In this document: positions 1 through 14,063 of the stretch, piece by piece | Layout of the letters: the number at the start of each line of letters is the position of its first letter | Numbering within the stretch: the first letter of the stretch is position 1 | Source: Euprymna scolopes | Lineage: Eukaryota | DNA: 64,000 nt | Assembly (NCBI GenBank): GCA_053919585.1 | Contig: CM132784.1 | Strand: one strand, 5' to 3' | Made by a program: the position numbers and the translations under genes | Notes under the pieces: model-generated | The model's input: only the letters and a program-made list of their open reading frames with translations | What the model was told of the DNA's origin: nothing | The model's database searches: none

Positions 1-176
1 TTTATTTTATTTGCTTACAAAATTTTGCTTTCGGTTTTGCTTCTAGTCCATGACGCCCCCCCCCTTTGTTCATATTCACACTAATTAAATTTTGTAATTA
101 AAAGCGGATTTTACGACCGGGCAACCTACCTCATTTCTTTTATTTTACAGCCGAACAACGCCGTACGACCCTCACG

Positions 177-701
177 TCTAATATATAAAAGGCAAAATGT
201 ATGTTAGTGTGTGCGTGTGTCTGTCTGTTGTGCATATCTTGAAAAAAACTTTTCAATAGACGCGGCGTACAAACGAAAATGTTAAAAAGATCGATCTCTT
301 GGATGACAAATATCGATAAAGTGGCTAAAAAGATTTATTCTTTGATCGTAAACTGGGCCAATTTTCGCAAGGAGGGTCAGTTTTTGCATCGACATTTTTG
401 CAAAGTTATTTACACCTCGCGATCTCAACATGCGTTTGAAACACATTATTTTGAAGGCCCGTGACGTCACAAGTGCGCCATGGCCGAGTCGCTTAACGCG
501 TTTTCTTTTTTACACCTTATTTTTCTCTTTGGCCTTACATGTTCGAGCTTGGTTACTGCGCCTCAGTTTTATTTTTATTTTTATTGTGCTCGCACGGACA
601 GTCGCTATTATTTTAGTTATTTTTTTTATAGGGCGGGATTTGCTTAATAGTCTTAGTGTACTATCTATCTACACCCGTGCAACACCGGATACCCCTGCTA
701 G
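177..701 (+). mobile_element. Non-autonomous Helitron
   Basis: 5' TCTAATATATAAAA followed by a GTGT/CTGT microsatellite. 3' hairpin CCCGTGCAACACCGGATACCCCTG then CTAG (698-701). The 3' end closely matches the element at 53996-55306. Confidence 0.75.
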
Positions 702-2143
702 ATTCATAATCAAGCGATTTTAACGTATTCACTATTTTAATTATCAGCATTTTATAATAAAGTGCACTGGGCCATGCTTTATTTTTAACTTTCTGTTGCC
801 ACGCAATTTAATATCAGGTTCGCACTATCGTTTTGTAATTCACTTCTGAACATCCTACAGTGTTTTTTCAAAACTTAAATATCACTATTCTGTTTAATTA
901 ATTTTTATCAACTGACACGTTTTATTGTTTTCAAATGTAAAACCAAATAATACCAATTATACATCTGTGTGTACAATATCGCATAAATTTCTTTACATTT
1001 CGTATAGTAGTAGTCACGTAGTCAAGTGTGTGAAACTTTAATTTGACGCCAGGACTACTACAACCACGATGAATTGAAATACATTTCAAGCTTTTCTTTT
1101 CGTTTAAGCGACACTAAACTTATAATATTCTTCTAAGAAAAATATATTTCTTAATAATGGAGTTTAAAATATTCTAAAAATATTTTGTGAAATTTATTTT
1201 TATAATGAGTGAATTAAAAAGGTAATACGCCTATTTAGTGAAACTTTTTATTAAAAGATTATTTTCAATACGTTCCGGCGCTGCGTAAATTCAAATTACT
1301 AATGATAGTAAGGACTGAGGTTGGAGCTTGGTAGATAGTGTTGGAACATTTAAGCGGGTTACTTTTTCTGGACACGGTCTGTAAAGGTGAGACTAGTGGT
1401 AGATGGTCCAGCCCAAATGTCGCAAGAATACTCTATATGGGGACTTTGTAGGGATAGAAATTTACTCTCAAATGTAAAAGCACGGTAGAATATGCCCACC
1501 TTTTTCAAAGCAGATTTATCAATGTCCCAATCTAATGTTTAATGTTAGACACTTATTTAAATATATTATTTTTTCCGATACGTCCTCATCTATCCGGCCA
1601 TTTCTCTGATTACCGTTTTTCTCCCACGGCTGAGAATAGACATATGAATACATCGTTGGCGACAATGAACTTCGATTTTATAATCTTCAAATTGCCTCTT
1701 TTGTTCCCGCTGTCTTTTCCTACACGACCTCTTAAAGTTTGCCCGGCTACCATTTAACAATGTACATAAACAAATCTATGACGGCGCACGTGCGCGCAGT
1801 GATCCCTATCTTAGGACACATGCGCCTCTGTGGGGACCGTGAAAAGGCGCTGACACCTATGAACATGTGCTGGGTGTGTACCAGCGGCACAGGAAGGAAC
1901 AACAAAGGTGTATCGATCAGACGATTAGTCATGTGCGTTGGGCAAGTAGAAATGCGGGCATCAATCTTTTCAGTCGGACGCCATAATGACGGTTACATAA
2001 TGGCAGACTTTATGCTGCAGTCTTTTATTTGTATACAATGCATATGAGTCAGATCTTTTGAGTACCACAAATATATAATTATATATAAGTATATAATTAT
2101 ATACACATATAAACGCAAGCGTATAACTAGATAACACACAAAC

Positions 2144-2201
<58 letters not shown>

Positions 2202-2203
<2 letters not shown>

Positions 2204-2330
2204 CGATTAGCGTAATGGTTAGGAGTCTTGACTGTCGTAAAGGCGGTCGGGTTTAAATCCTGGCTTGAGGTAGTTGCCTGTCTAGCCGCACTGATGAGCT
2301 GTGAAACAGTGAAACAATACTGTATGTGGA
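2202..2330 (+). mobile_element. tRNA-derived (Asp-like) SINE head followed by a hammerhead ribozyme
   Basis: A-box-like TAGCGTAATGG, CTTGACTGTC arm and B-box-like GGTTTAAATCC, directly after (TA)n at 2146-2202. Homologous to 57713-57795(-) and 56385-56500. Confidence 0.7.
2286..2329 (+). ncRNA. Type I hammerhead ribozyme
   Basis: Stem I CCGCA/TGTGG; core CTGATGA (2291-97); stem II GCTGT-GAA-ACAGT; GAAA (2311-14); stem III ACA-ATAC-TGT; GUA cleavage triplet ending at 2324. Confidence 0.85.
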
Positions 2331-2851
2331 TGACTATATATATCTTTATATATTCGGAGGCAGCCCGACATTGCATGGTGGTAAAATACGCTTAAATATC
2401 ATATATTTTACGTCGTGCATATGTCGTATTTATTATAGAGCCAATTCTGGACTGGTTATTCTATTGTAACCAATACCTGTTATAATAATGTCGTATTCAT
2501 GTTTGTTTGTTTGTTGATTTTATTCGCTTTTATTTCTCCATAATTTTTATTTAGACAAAGTCAAAACTCAAGCAGTTGCATAGTTTACATATTAGATTAA
2601 TTAAAATTTACTTAAATAATTCGTTCTTCATTATTAATCGCCTTTAGAAATAGAATTGTTTGAATTGAGTTTAGGAACATCATTTAAAGTTAATGTATTT
2701 AAATTTATATTTAATTTATTTTTAAATATTTGCTCTACTCTTCCATTATAACGGATGTTAGCTTTATTTAAATAAATACAAATATGAATGTCTTTCAAAC
2801 TTAATACGGCAGAATACAGCTCACAGCTTTTCAGAGAGTGGCACATTGAAG

Positions 2852-3005
2852 NNNNNNNNNNNNNNNNNNNNNNNNNNNNNNNNNNNNNNNNNNNNNNNNN
2901 NNNNNNNNNNNNNNNNNNNNNNNNNNNNNNNNNNNNNNNNNNNNNNNNNNNNNNNNNNNNNNNNNNNNNNNNNNNNNNNNNNNNNNNNNNNNNNNNNNNN
3001 NNNNN
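2852..3005. other. Assembly gap (others at 16984-17140, 20789-20916, 38947-39099, 43942-44084, 60047-60192)
   Basis: Runs of N. Confidence 1.
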
Positions 3006-3358
3006 AATAACTCTGTCAATTTTTAGTCTATAGACTCGAAATATGAAATACCGGGTACTGAGATTTGGGAAAATCGATGTGACGGGTGTCAGCCAGAAAT
3101 TTGGCTGTTAAGGGGTCAAATTTCAACGATTTGACCTTTAAGAACTCTACCAAACTCCTCCGACAATTTTGGGTCTAGACACTTGAAATTTTAGATATAG
3201 ATTCCTTGAACCTGGATCTAACTTAATAAAGTGATTTGAGCCCGAAACTATACATTTTAAAGGGTCATAATAGGGGTAAAATTAAAAAAAAATGACTTTT
3301 TTTTGTTTTGCTAAGAGCACACCTCAAAACACCCGGGCAAAGCCGGGCTGAAATGCTA

Positions 3359-3359
<1 letters not shown>
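3006..3359 (+). mobile_element. Helitron 3' portion (5' end lost in gap)
   Basis: Hairpin CCCGGGCAAAGCCGGG then CTAG|T at 3356-3360, abutting (TA)n. Confidence 0.7.
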
Positions 3360-3421
<62 letters not shown>

Positions 3422-3422
<1 letters not shown>

Positions 3423-3870
3423 TAGGGGAGGGAACGCCTAGTTTGCCCGGTCGTAATATACGTTGAAATAGCATTTTTAAATTTTGTCCAGATTTCGTCT
3501 ATATTATTAAATTCATTATTTCCAAAGTAAAACAAAGTGCTCGGATGCCATCAGAATCGAAGGCAAAACTGTAGCATTCAAATGTTTTGACGTAACCATT
3601 GTACCAATGTGACACGCATGTAAGCTGATTAAATATTAAAAAGTATATATAACCTTAGCTGAATGTACAAAATATATAACGGTTTTTACAATGTTAACCC
3701 TATTTTTGACCCCTTTAAACCTTTTTCAACGGCTAAAGACCCATAAATGAACGGTGCGTAAAAATCCAATCATTTGAAGCACCTGGTGCTGCTTTGCGAC
3801 TTTTTGTGTCGGGCGAAATAGACTTTGAAAATATCGAGATACACAGACAGACATACATTTATATATTAGA
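3422..3870 (-). mobile_element. Non-autonomous Helitron
   Basis: Plus strand reads A|CTAG at 3422 with a degenerate hairpin; the other end is ACAGACAGACATACATTTATATATTAGA|T (5' TC on minus). Confidence 0.7.
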
Positions 3871-4031
3871 TTAAAAGAGAGGTGTGTGAATGTATATTAT
3901 ATGACAATCAACCAAAACAACGGTATGGCGTTTATTCCGGAACTCTGCCGATGAACATACTAAGGCCAATCGTTGAGTGCTATTAAACTGGACTTCATCT
4001 AAATTAAATATCATAGACTATTGCCACATTA

Positions 4032-4278
4032 CAATAGAAAAATGGGAGTATGAAAAGTAATATTGTTAAGCTTAAAATATTGCAGCATAAATAATTGATT
4101 ATATGTTATAAATTGACTTTTAAAATAAATTTTTAATGCTGCAATATTTTAAGTTATAAATTCATAATATTTTACTAAAGTATCTTGTCCTTTTCTTTTC
4201 CAGTTTTAACAACTAGTCATTTACTTTTCCATGTTAAAGCTTAACCATATTACTTTTCATGCTCGCATTTTTCTATTG
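4032..4278. mobile_element. MITE with ~45-bp TIRs
   Basis: CAATAGAAAAATGGGAGTATGAAAAGTAATATTGTTAAGCTT is mirrored at about 4237-4278. TTA flanks both ends. An extra internal IR CTTAAAATATTGCAGCAT spans 4071-4153. Confidence 0.75.
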
Positions 4279-6469
4279 TTATCCATTATTTTTCCAGGCT
4301 TTCAGTAAATTCACTTGTTCTTTGTTTAATTTCAGTCTGATTTTTTGTCCCATAAGCGTAACATACACATATGTTATTACAATGTACGACACCCATCTGC
4401 TTTTAATAAAATCACTAGATTATCTCCCTTCTTTGCTTTCATTCTCTCTGTTTCACTTGTTTCTTCTTTTTTTTCGCGACAGCAGTTAATCAGTAGCAAA
4501 GTAGTCGCTAAATATACGCGGTTGCTATGGGAACCAGTCATAAAAAAAACGTCGCTCACCTCCTTACGTTTTTTGCGACTTTAAACAACAGTAAATTCAT
4601 CATAACTGTTGTTTTACCGAACGAAAATTGAAAAATATTTTTCATAATATAGCTGCGAAGGTAATCAATAAACTGTAATATTTATTTGAAATTTGGTCCA
4701 AAAATGAGTGAGCTGTAAAGCTGTAAAGCAGTTCTCAATTACTAAAACTGTTACTTAATCATATATTCAAACACTACCGTGTTTGAACTATAACCGGCTA
4801 AATACTATTTCTGTAATGTAAATATTTTATAGCAAAATTACTTTGAAACAAAAACTATAAACGCATTAAGATACTGCAAGTTTAATCGTAAATATTTCAT
4901 AATTAATGCATTGACTTTAACAATAAATTCTGCACATTGTTTAAAAAGCACTCTTCGTTATTTGATAGGTACATTTTTATTTACGTTATCATTTTCAAAA
5001 TCGGTAGCAGTAAGGAAACAATAAATTTGAATAGAAATCCACAATGTAGAATAGCATATCGAACATTATAAATTACATTTAGAGTTTTTATTTTTACGTG
5101 TTTAATAAAATAATCATATGGCAGAAGGACATAAAAAAACATATTTTCGTTTCGTTGAAAACTAAACTCATTTCGAAATTTTACACAGCGTTACCCGTGA
5201 ACAAAGCAAAAACCTATTGCTGGACTTAAACCGGACGAAAAAGACCCAACGGTTCTTTTTACAATAAAATTATGAAACATATTATGAAGCATTCCCTAAC
5301 TGACTTCTTTGTTTGGGCATGCCAGGTGTGTAGGATTCGTTCATATACAACTCTACAGTTGCAAATTGTAATGGGCAAAATATGACCTATATTTTATGTT
5401 TTTGTTTAATCCGAAGGGATTGAAATGTTTGTTAAACTCTTTATGAAAATTTCGACACTTCCAATTTATTTACCTAATATAATATTCTAGGTAAGTAAAC
5501 TTAGTGAAAATAACGAAAATGTATTCAGTTATGCATTAGACGGAAATGGATCTTTTACTGAATATACTGGATACAATATTAAATAGTGGTGATCAATTTT
5601 ATCCTTGTATTCTAAGTTGTGGGTATATTCTGGCATCATTTAAAAGGGGCGGTTATTGCTTCGTTTTAAACTTGATGTAAGCTAAATAGATGGAACTTAA
5701 ATTAGATGTATTTCTGTTCCGATATTTAAAAACGCGGGTAATACAAACACGGTTAAAATAAACATCATTCCTCGTTTAACTAGTAATAACCACTTAGGAT
5801 CTAAATTTAAATATAACGGCACCCACTGTTCCTTTTTGACTAACATAGACATTTTACAGAAATAAATATTAAAGCAAATACACATCTAATAATAAGTTCA
5901 ATTTCTTACTCGCCCACACCGCCAACACATACATATTTATTTATCCCATTTATATAGAAGTGGGCACTGTGCAAATAATAATAAGTATATTTCCATCTTT
6001 TCTCATTCCCTCATTTTACTATTAACTATCAAATGCGAATTCTCCGTTCAATCATCAGGCAGGGAAAACAGCATTTATAAAATATAAGGCCATCCTAACA
6101 CGTCATGCACAGGATGTGTAGAAATAACATCGCGCTAACTTTTCAAAAAAATGTTTAAGACGAGTTGAAATAATAATCTGCATTGGTTGAAATTTTAGGA
6201 TGAACATTTTAAAATTATATCAAAGCCAATACACATAATATTTTTAAAATATTAGTAAAATTATTTTTTTCCAATCTGACACATGCATTTTCTTGATAAA
6301 TAATAAGTAAAAAAAATACACATTTAAAAGGTGTTTCCAATGAATTTTGTATCAAGAATCAAATAAAACCCAGAGAATTCGAGAATTAACTTTAAATAAA
6401 ACATTATTCTCTCTCATTTAACTTACCCCTCTTTTAAAATCAAAGTATGCCCTACTGCAGATATCCTAA

Positions 6470-7672
6470 TTGTAATATCTGAACGTTTATAACATCTACT
6501 AGATAAAGTCGGAGAGGCTAGGGCAGTAGCCCTAGATATATCTAATCCCTTTGACAGAGTATGACACGGCGGTCTTCTTATGAAAATCAGATCTTATGGT
6601 ATTACTAAAAGAATACTTAATATAATTAAATCCTTAGTAAAATAAGAGAATACTCCAGGTTGTCTTCGATGGTCGTACGTCAAAACAATATGATAAAAAT
6701 TCAGGTGTGCTTCAGGGATCGATTCTGGGTCATTTATTATTCCTGATATTCATATATGACTTCTTGATAACATTTTCTCTGAGATGGGTATATTTGCAGA
6801 CGATACTACGCTCTAAAAGGCGCAATAGGGAAAAGGAATGCATACGTATCCAGGGCAAGGCGGAAAACCTAGAGCAAGGCCTCCTATCTGTAGTGGAATT
6901 GGGATAAATATACACAGTCAAATTAAATGCTTTTAATGCTTAATTTCTTTCCTTTAATAACTACAAGAAACCTTCTCAACTACTAATAACCATGAGTAAT
7001 GACTAATGATACATTACCTGAAAATACTTCATTTAATCTCCTCGGTTTAACGTTCACACTGAACATGAGTTGAAACTGATATATGGAGGGCATTGCTTAG
7101 GCTGCTGCAAAGATGGTGGGCTCACTCTACCTGGCTAAAAAATGACTTACACCATAGTGTACCCTGTACCTTTACAAGGCCAGCATTCGCCTATGTATGG
7201 AGTATTGTCATCATATTTGGGTCGATGCATCTGCTCTTAGTCTCTCACTCTTAGACCGGTTAAAAAAAGTCACCAACTTAATAGGTCCCGTAATGTAAGC
7301 TAGACTTATACTGCTGTCCCATCAACGAAATGTTGCATCCCTCTGGCTCTTTTACAAATATTTAATGATATATGCTCCGATAAACTAAAAGCTCTTGTAC
7401 CTCCTCGACGCAAATAACCCCGACAAACATAAGCAGCAACATCTCACCCCAACACAGTATAAATGCTTGATGTAAGAAAGCCTTCTACTCCTATAATTTC
7501 TTTTCAGTGAAATTCCTTTCCGGTGTCTGCATCCCTGATTGTACTGACATGCAGAAGTTCAAGTGTAAAGTAAACAGGCATCTTGCTGATCAACTTTCTA
7601 CATTATACGCCATGCAAATCATGTCATAGATAGTGACACTGTGCCTTGTTTGGGTTTAAAATGCAATAAAAG
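6470..7672 (+). mobile_element. Degenerate CR1/L2-group LINE, subfamily B (RT plus 3' end)
   Basis: Decayed ALDISxxFDRV, QGSILG, FADDT, IRLCMEYCHHIW and LSHQRNVASL motifs with stops. 3' tail CACTGTGCCTTGTTTGGGT. Confidence 0.85.
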
Positions 7673-8504
7673 GCATAAGATTATAATATTTGTATAAGCA
7701 ATTAACAATCAAAATAAAATCCATCCAGCATTTGTTGTTCATTAAATCTCTCCAGGCAGTGTAGCTTTCGATAGCACTTAAGGGTTATTCCCGAGATCCG
7801 AAATCGACATTATATAGAAACAGATTTTCAAACTTAAATGAGATGTGAACAATTAAATTTTCAACTTTCAACCAATCACTAAACATCAACTGAGATAATT
7901 AGTAAATTCATTTATTTCTTTTTGTTTATTTTGTGCATTTAAGTCACCATTTTTTGGTTATCATAAAATTCGACTACTCGCCTTCAATCTTAATTTCAAA
8001 TATTTCGCAATCTCAACCATTTTCCCCAAAATATATGGAATGTCTTGTAAGTGCATCAATTCGCTTTCTACTATTAGTCGAATTCTAGAATCCATTCTCT
8101 TTTCTTCGCAAACACAGAGCTTCATATTATCTAATGTCAGCAGAGGAATGATCTAGTTTTTTAGGACATCGTTTACATGTCTCCAAATGGCAACGTTGAA
8201 AATGGCATTAACTTTTTTCCGAAATTCGGAGATATTTAGCTAAACAACTTTGTTTTATATTAATATTAACCACGGTCAAAATCTGTTTATTTTGTTGGAC
8301 TGGTCAATAAATGTGGCTGAATTTACTTATAAGGCAACAAATACAATAACGTCTGCTAATACTATGTTTGAGTTCAATCCCGTGTAATCACTTCCAATAC
8401 TTTATTGATAAAATGGGTTTATTTAACTTTGAGTTTTAATTGAACTATGACAGTTATACAAATAAGAAATAATAATCTATGAATTCTTAAGATGTCGAGG
8501 TATA

Positions 8505-9485
8505 ATAAATGCAATAATCATTAAAATAATAATTAAAATACTCATTAAAATAATAATGAAAATAATAATTAACATAATAATTAACATAATAAATAAAATA
8601 ATGATTAAAATAATGATACAAATAATCATTACGATAATCATTAAAATAATCTTTATAACAATAATTAAAATAATTATAAATAATAATTAAAATAATAAGT
8701 AAAATAATAATAAACATGAACAAAATAATCATTATAAAATAATTACAATAATTCTTAAAATAATCATTAAAATTATACTTACTATAATAATTCCGATAAT
8801 CCTAAAAATGATAATAAAAATATTCATTAAAATTGTAATGAAAATAAGAATATGAGTACTCATTAAAATAATCATGAAAATAATAATTAAAAAATCATTA
8901 ATATAATAATTAAATAATTATTTAATAATAAAAATAATCATTAAAACGATAATTCAAATATCATTAAAATAACGATTACAATAATAATTAAAATAATCAT
9001 AATACAATAACCAAAATTATCATTAAAACAATAATTGCAATAATAATTTTAAAAATGCTTAAAACAATAATTAAATAATCATTAAAATAATAATTCAAAT
9101 AATAATTAAAATAATTATTAAAATAATAATAAAATAATCATTAAAATAATTATCAAAATAATCATTAAAATTATCATTAACATTATAAATAAAAGAATAA
9201 TTAAAATAATCCTTAAAATAATTATCAAAATAATAATTCCAAAAAAATAAATAATAATTATAAAAATAATAACTAGCATAATAATTAAAATACTCATTAT
9301 AATAAACATTCAAATAATTATTTAAATAATTATTTTAATCATAATAAAAATTAATTATATAATCATTAAAATAATTCCTAAATTAATTATTATAATAATA
9401 AATTAATAAAATCATTAACTAATCATTAAAATAATGATTAAAATAATCATTAAAATAATCATTAAAATACTCATTAAAATAATCA
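8505..9485. repeat. AT-rich minisatellite, ~12-bp unit AAAATAATCATT
   Basis: About 1 kb of degenerate tandem copies. Confidence 0.9.
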
Positions 9486-12400
9486 CACAGAAAACCTTAA
9501 AAATATTAGTGTTGGTAAACAGAAGTAGTTCATAGATTTTCCTCATAAATCAAGATGAAAAAGTATATTTTTTAGCAAGTTTTAGGTACCGGTTTCTAGA
9601 TTTTACGAGGAAATTAGTTGAACTAATTCTTGTGACCGGCATTCAAGATTGATAACGGAATCATTGATCACGTTTTTAGCATTATATTCATTATTTGCTT
9701 AGTATTTAATGCATCATACCTAATTATTTTTTTGCTTAGTTTTGAATAATGGTACTTTATTTCATGCAAGCAATTCATTCTTGAATTGTTTTGATACCAT
9801 GCACTCTCAACAGTGTTATCGTATTTTGAATGCTTTTTACGATTTTCAGTCTTTTACAAGTAGATTCGCTAATATCATTTAGATAGGTCAGAATAGCTAT
9901 GATGTTTCTTTCATTAATGAAACACAGTGCTGATATGCTGGGAAATATATATAACAAAACAACACTACTTGAATAGTCTGTATACAACGCCGATCTGAAA
10001 AAAACGAACAGTTGAACTAGCAATCTTCTGTTAAATAATACGGTTACTTATATTTCCTATTCATACGTTTTACCATGCATTGCCTTCAACAAGAGTTTGA
10101 ATAATTAAAACGAGAATGTGGAATGATGATTTGGTTTTATTTTATTACAATTAACACAACTAATAAGTATAAATAAAGTAGTGAAATGAAAACGAGGTAT
10201 TTTAATGGAATAAACACGAGGTATGTATAATGAAATAAAAACGGAGAATTTAAAACAAGAGAAATTTGTATCACTCCATGTCAAATGGCAAATGAGAAAG
10301 CGGATTTATAAACAAAATAAAGTGATATAAACCCTCTTCTGGCCAACTAACTTCATGACTTGAAGTCACAACTCCAATCAAAGAGAAATCTGTTTGAGAT
10401 AGAAGTTTCAACTTCTCTGTCGACACAATTTATTTAATGGAAATTTGGTTTGATCGACCAGCAAAAAATGATAAGACATTGACTGTTAAGACACGTAATT
10501 GAACTGAAATTTCTGTATTTCCAATTGCGACCTAGTAAAAGACGCTCCCACTAATGCAAGACACTTTAGAAGGTTACAAAAATAGCAATGTATGGATTCT
10601 TCGCTATTCCCCGGAAATTGCGCATTTTAATATAAAGTATGAATTATCTTCAATAATATTTGCTTTATATTTATCTGTTAAAGTCTCGAGAATACATTAT
10701 TCTCGGGGAACTTGTCACTCATTGTTAAGGTGTTTAATACATATAGATATAATTACGTATTTCATTTACATTTAACATTTTAAAAAGACGACCCTGGTGT
10801 TTAACTCTGTCCCGTTGGGAGGCATTGTAAATAGGAACACTTAACGTTTATTTATAATTCATCTGGGCAGGAAAATACATGAAAGTAACAACGAAAACTA
10901 ATCTTTGCACGAAATTGCTATGTTGTATGATTGAGATGCACTCATAATGAAAGAGACAAAATAACATTTAGTGAATAAAAATCATCGTTGCTTGCAAAGT
11001 CTTAACATGGAAACGAGCGGCAAATACGATTAATGTTCGTTTGGTTCGTACACCATTGTCTGACAATATCTTCATTTTATCAAAATTATAACGAAAACAT
11101 CAGAATTTATTTGGATTTAGAAAACACGCTAAGAAGCATGACTATTTCAAATCGCGCCACTAAAGAAACCGTCTTATTACTGAATTTATGATCATGTGAT
11201 GGATACAAAACTACTCAAATGCCAGAACAAATTATCATTAAAAAGAGTTAATTCTGTGTTGAACATTTAAATAAATAATTCCATAAAAGAACATGTGGAT
11301 TTATCTGCATTGTTCACAAATTTGAAAGCCATTCTCATCAAATTTTATCCAGTAGTACCCATGCTAGGAAGACACATTTTCCGAAGAGTAAACTCCAAAT
11401 TTTAGCATTCAAATTAATTTTTCATGCACCAAATGTATATTTTTCAGGAATACTCCAAGACAGTAGGAAATACACACCTTTTTCTAGGAAATAACTTTAT
11501 AACATTAAAAAGAACGTAAATAAATTAGAACGAGTTAGGTATTATTGTTTGCTTGAATTGGGTTAAGGGCATCAAATAAAAATGGAATAAACATACAACT
11601 TATCTGCATATGAACTTAAAATGCTTTCATATACAAAACACTTATGGTTTATTTTATTTGGCTAAAGATAAGATTTAAAGAGAAAATTTTGATTACTTTT
11701 TCTTATTTCGGATTCAGTCGATTGCTGTGCACCGTCCAATGGGTTGCTAACCCCTGGCCTCAATTCCCTCTACATCCCAAATCATAAAATCAAATTCCTT
11801 TGGGAGAGATTTCCCTGTATGATAATCTCAGAACAAGCGGATATGTTGATGAGAATGTTTGTAAGATGAGTGATGCGATAATGTGTACTTTAATGTAGCC
11901 AGGGAGAGAGATAGGGAAAAAGAGATTAAGTGGGATCTGGAATTAACATTGATGTTGAAAGAAAAAAAGGCCAAGTGCTCGGGTCCAGTGCAGGGTCCCC
12001 TATGGAGGAGTCAATAAATATTTCAAGGACTTACTCCTATGTATAGCTGAAGAAATCTCATTTCCTAAATATTGCTGTCTCCATCGTCTGGTAAGTCTCA
12101 GTCTTGCGGAATATTAGCTCCAACCGCAAAAGGATAAAACGGCTAAATTAAATGTATAACACACCTAACACATGTGGTGGTAAAGCTTAAAAATGTAGAT
12201 GGAAGGACAGAAAGCAAAACCCAGTCCTATAATGGACACAGAAAGTATTACAATCATAAGCAAGCAAGTTGGTGCTGAGATTAGAGAGAAGACCAACCTA
12301 GTTGTGAAAACTGAAAGTAATTTGAAACGATAATCGACGAAGGAGTGAGTACTAAAAATGTGGGGAGATTTGTAACGCAGACGAAAAGGAACATTATCTA

Positions 12401-13267
12401 TCCTTACTTGTGAGTCATTATAGATTACTAGTGTGAGAAATTAAAGTAAATATAAATCATAATCATAATCATAAGAAAATTGCGTAAATGAGAAAATGCT
12501 GTAATTTAAAAATATACCCCCCACCCGGACAATCGTGAAGAATCGGCTTTGAAGACATTAATTTCCAATAATGGACTCGAATATTGAGTTCTGTGAATCT
12601 GGAGCAGTATTTTCTAACTGACTATCAAGGAAACTGGAAATAACTTGTGTGATAACTCCAATAGAATACTACTACAATGACGACGACAGCAATAAAAACT
12701 ACTAAATGTAATAATATTAATAATAAGAAGAAAGTGAGCATTGAACCATGAAAATAGCGACAGTGATGAAAACACTAAGAAAAATTTACATCTGAATAAG
12801 CAAATTCGTATTGACAAAAATATAGTTTGAATATAATACTGATAACTAAAAATAATTGAAACTCTCATGATTGATACATAATGACAATTTATTTATATTT
12901 CTACTCCCAGCAAGATACACGAAAACGTTGTGAAACCAATATCGCTTGCTACAAGAGACAGTTGTGTCGTAGGATTAAAGCTGATAAAGAAATCGAGGAG
13001 GGGAAGAAGCATCAGGTTGGACAAGAACAGTACTGAAAAGCCGTTAAGATAGACATTTAGGACGAGGACCATAGACCGTTATATCACATCCATAACGTTC
13101 ATACATATGGTCCGTCATGATAAGAACACAACATGCATTTATTTTATTGCCAAGTACAACAAAACACACTACGATTCAATTCTATATAAAACATATCCCT
13201 ATACCCCCCACACACGACGTAAACACCGTCGACAAACCCGATAGCTAAATCCTACCCCCACACAGAA

Positions 13268-13405
13268 AAGTGTAACGTAAACCGACATTTTGCTGCCCAA
13301 CTCCCTACATAGTACCACAGCAGCTGTTTCTCTTGATAGTAGCCCCCCCCATACACTGAAGTGGCAATGTGCATTGTTTGGGTGAAAATGTAAAAAAAAA
13401 AAAAA
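13268..13405 (+). mobile_element. 5'-truncated LINE subfamily B 3' end with poly(A)
   Basis: Encodes KCNVNRH, matches 7560-7670, and ends AGTGGCAATGTGCATTGTTTGGGTG...A-run. Confidence 0.75.
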
Positions 13406-14063
13406 TTTCAACGCACGATATTTAATTTCCCTCACATTTTCGTTTCTTTTGACAACGTATCAAATGATTATATTGTGACTATGTCGCTCGCTACCTAATT
13501 TGTCTCCAAGAATGCTTTATAAATATAACACAATTTGTTGTTATTTAAATAAGTAAAACAACTGCTCGTATTTACAAGCCTCTATTGTATCAGGATAAGC
13601 TATGAGGCTTACAGACCTAGACTCGCGACGCAATTTATTTCTTAACCATTTATCAGTCCTCCTCTTTAGGCATATATGCAGATAGTAAAAGTTAACTGTA
13701 TGATTCTGTTATGGTACTATCTTTAAGAGACATTAAATTGTACAATGCATATAATACTGACATTACGACAGATAGAAAGCAGGAGAAGAAATGCGATATG
13801 CGCGCCATTTTCAATTACTTATCAAGCGTAATATCAACAGAGTGTGTAAGTTATCTATACTAGTACAAGGTACATCTGTCTTCTCGTTTCCGAAAAAGCT
13901 TAATAGCATAAAGTTGTTGTAAGAACTTGGAACGTGAACTGTAGTAAGAATACTCTCTTAAGCAACAGAGTGTTCTGAGGTGTTTCACCAGCCGGCGCTT
14001 GTACAGAAACTAAAACTTGTAACTTGAAGCTAATTAGCGATTTTACTCTCGACCCTATATGTA

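Noticed and set aside
7720-7780. Possible exon on minus (AIESYTAWRDLMNNKCWMD)
   Set aside because: No convincing splice sites or recognisable homology.
9510-9640. Imperfect ~40-bp inverted repeat
   Set aside because: No TSD or clear termini; cannot be classified.
13200-13405. SINE borrowing the LINE-B tail
   Set aside because: The upstream sequence also aligns to the LINE-B ORF end, so it is just a truncated LINE.
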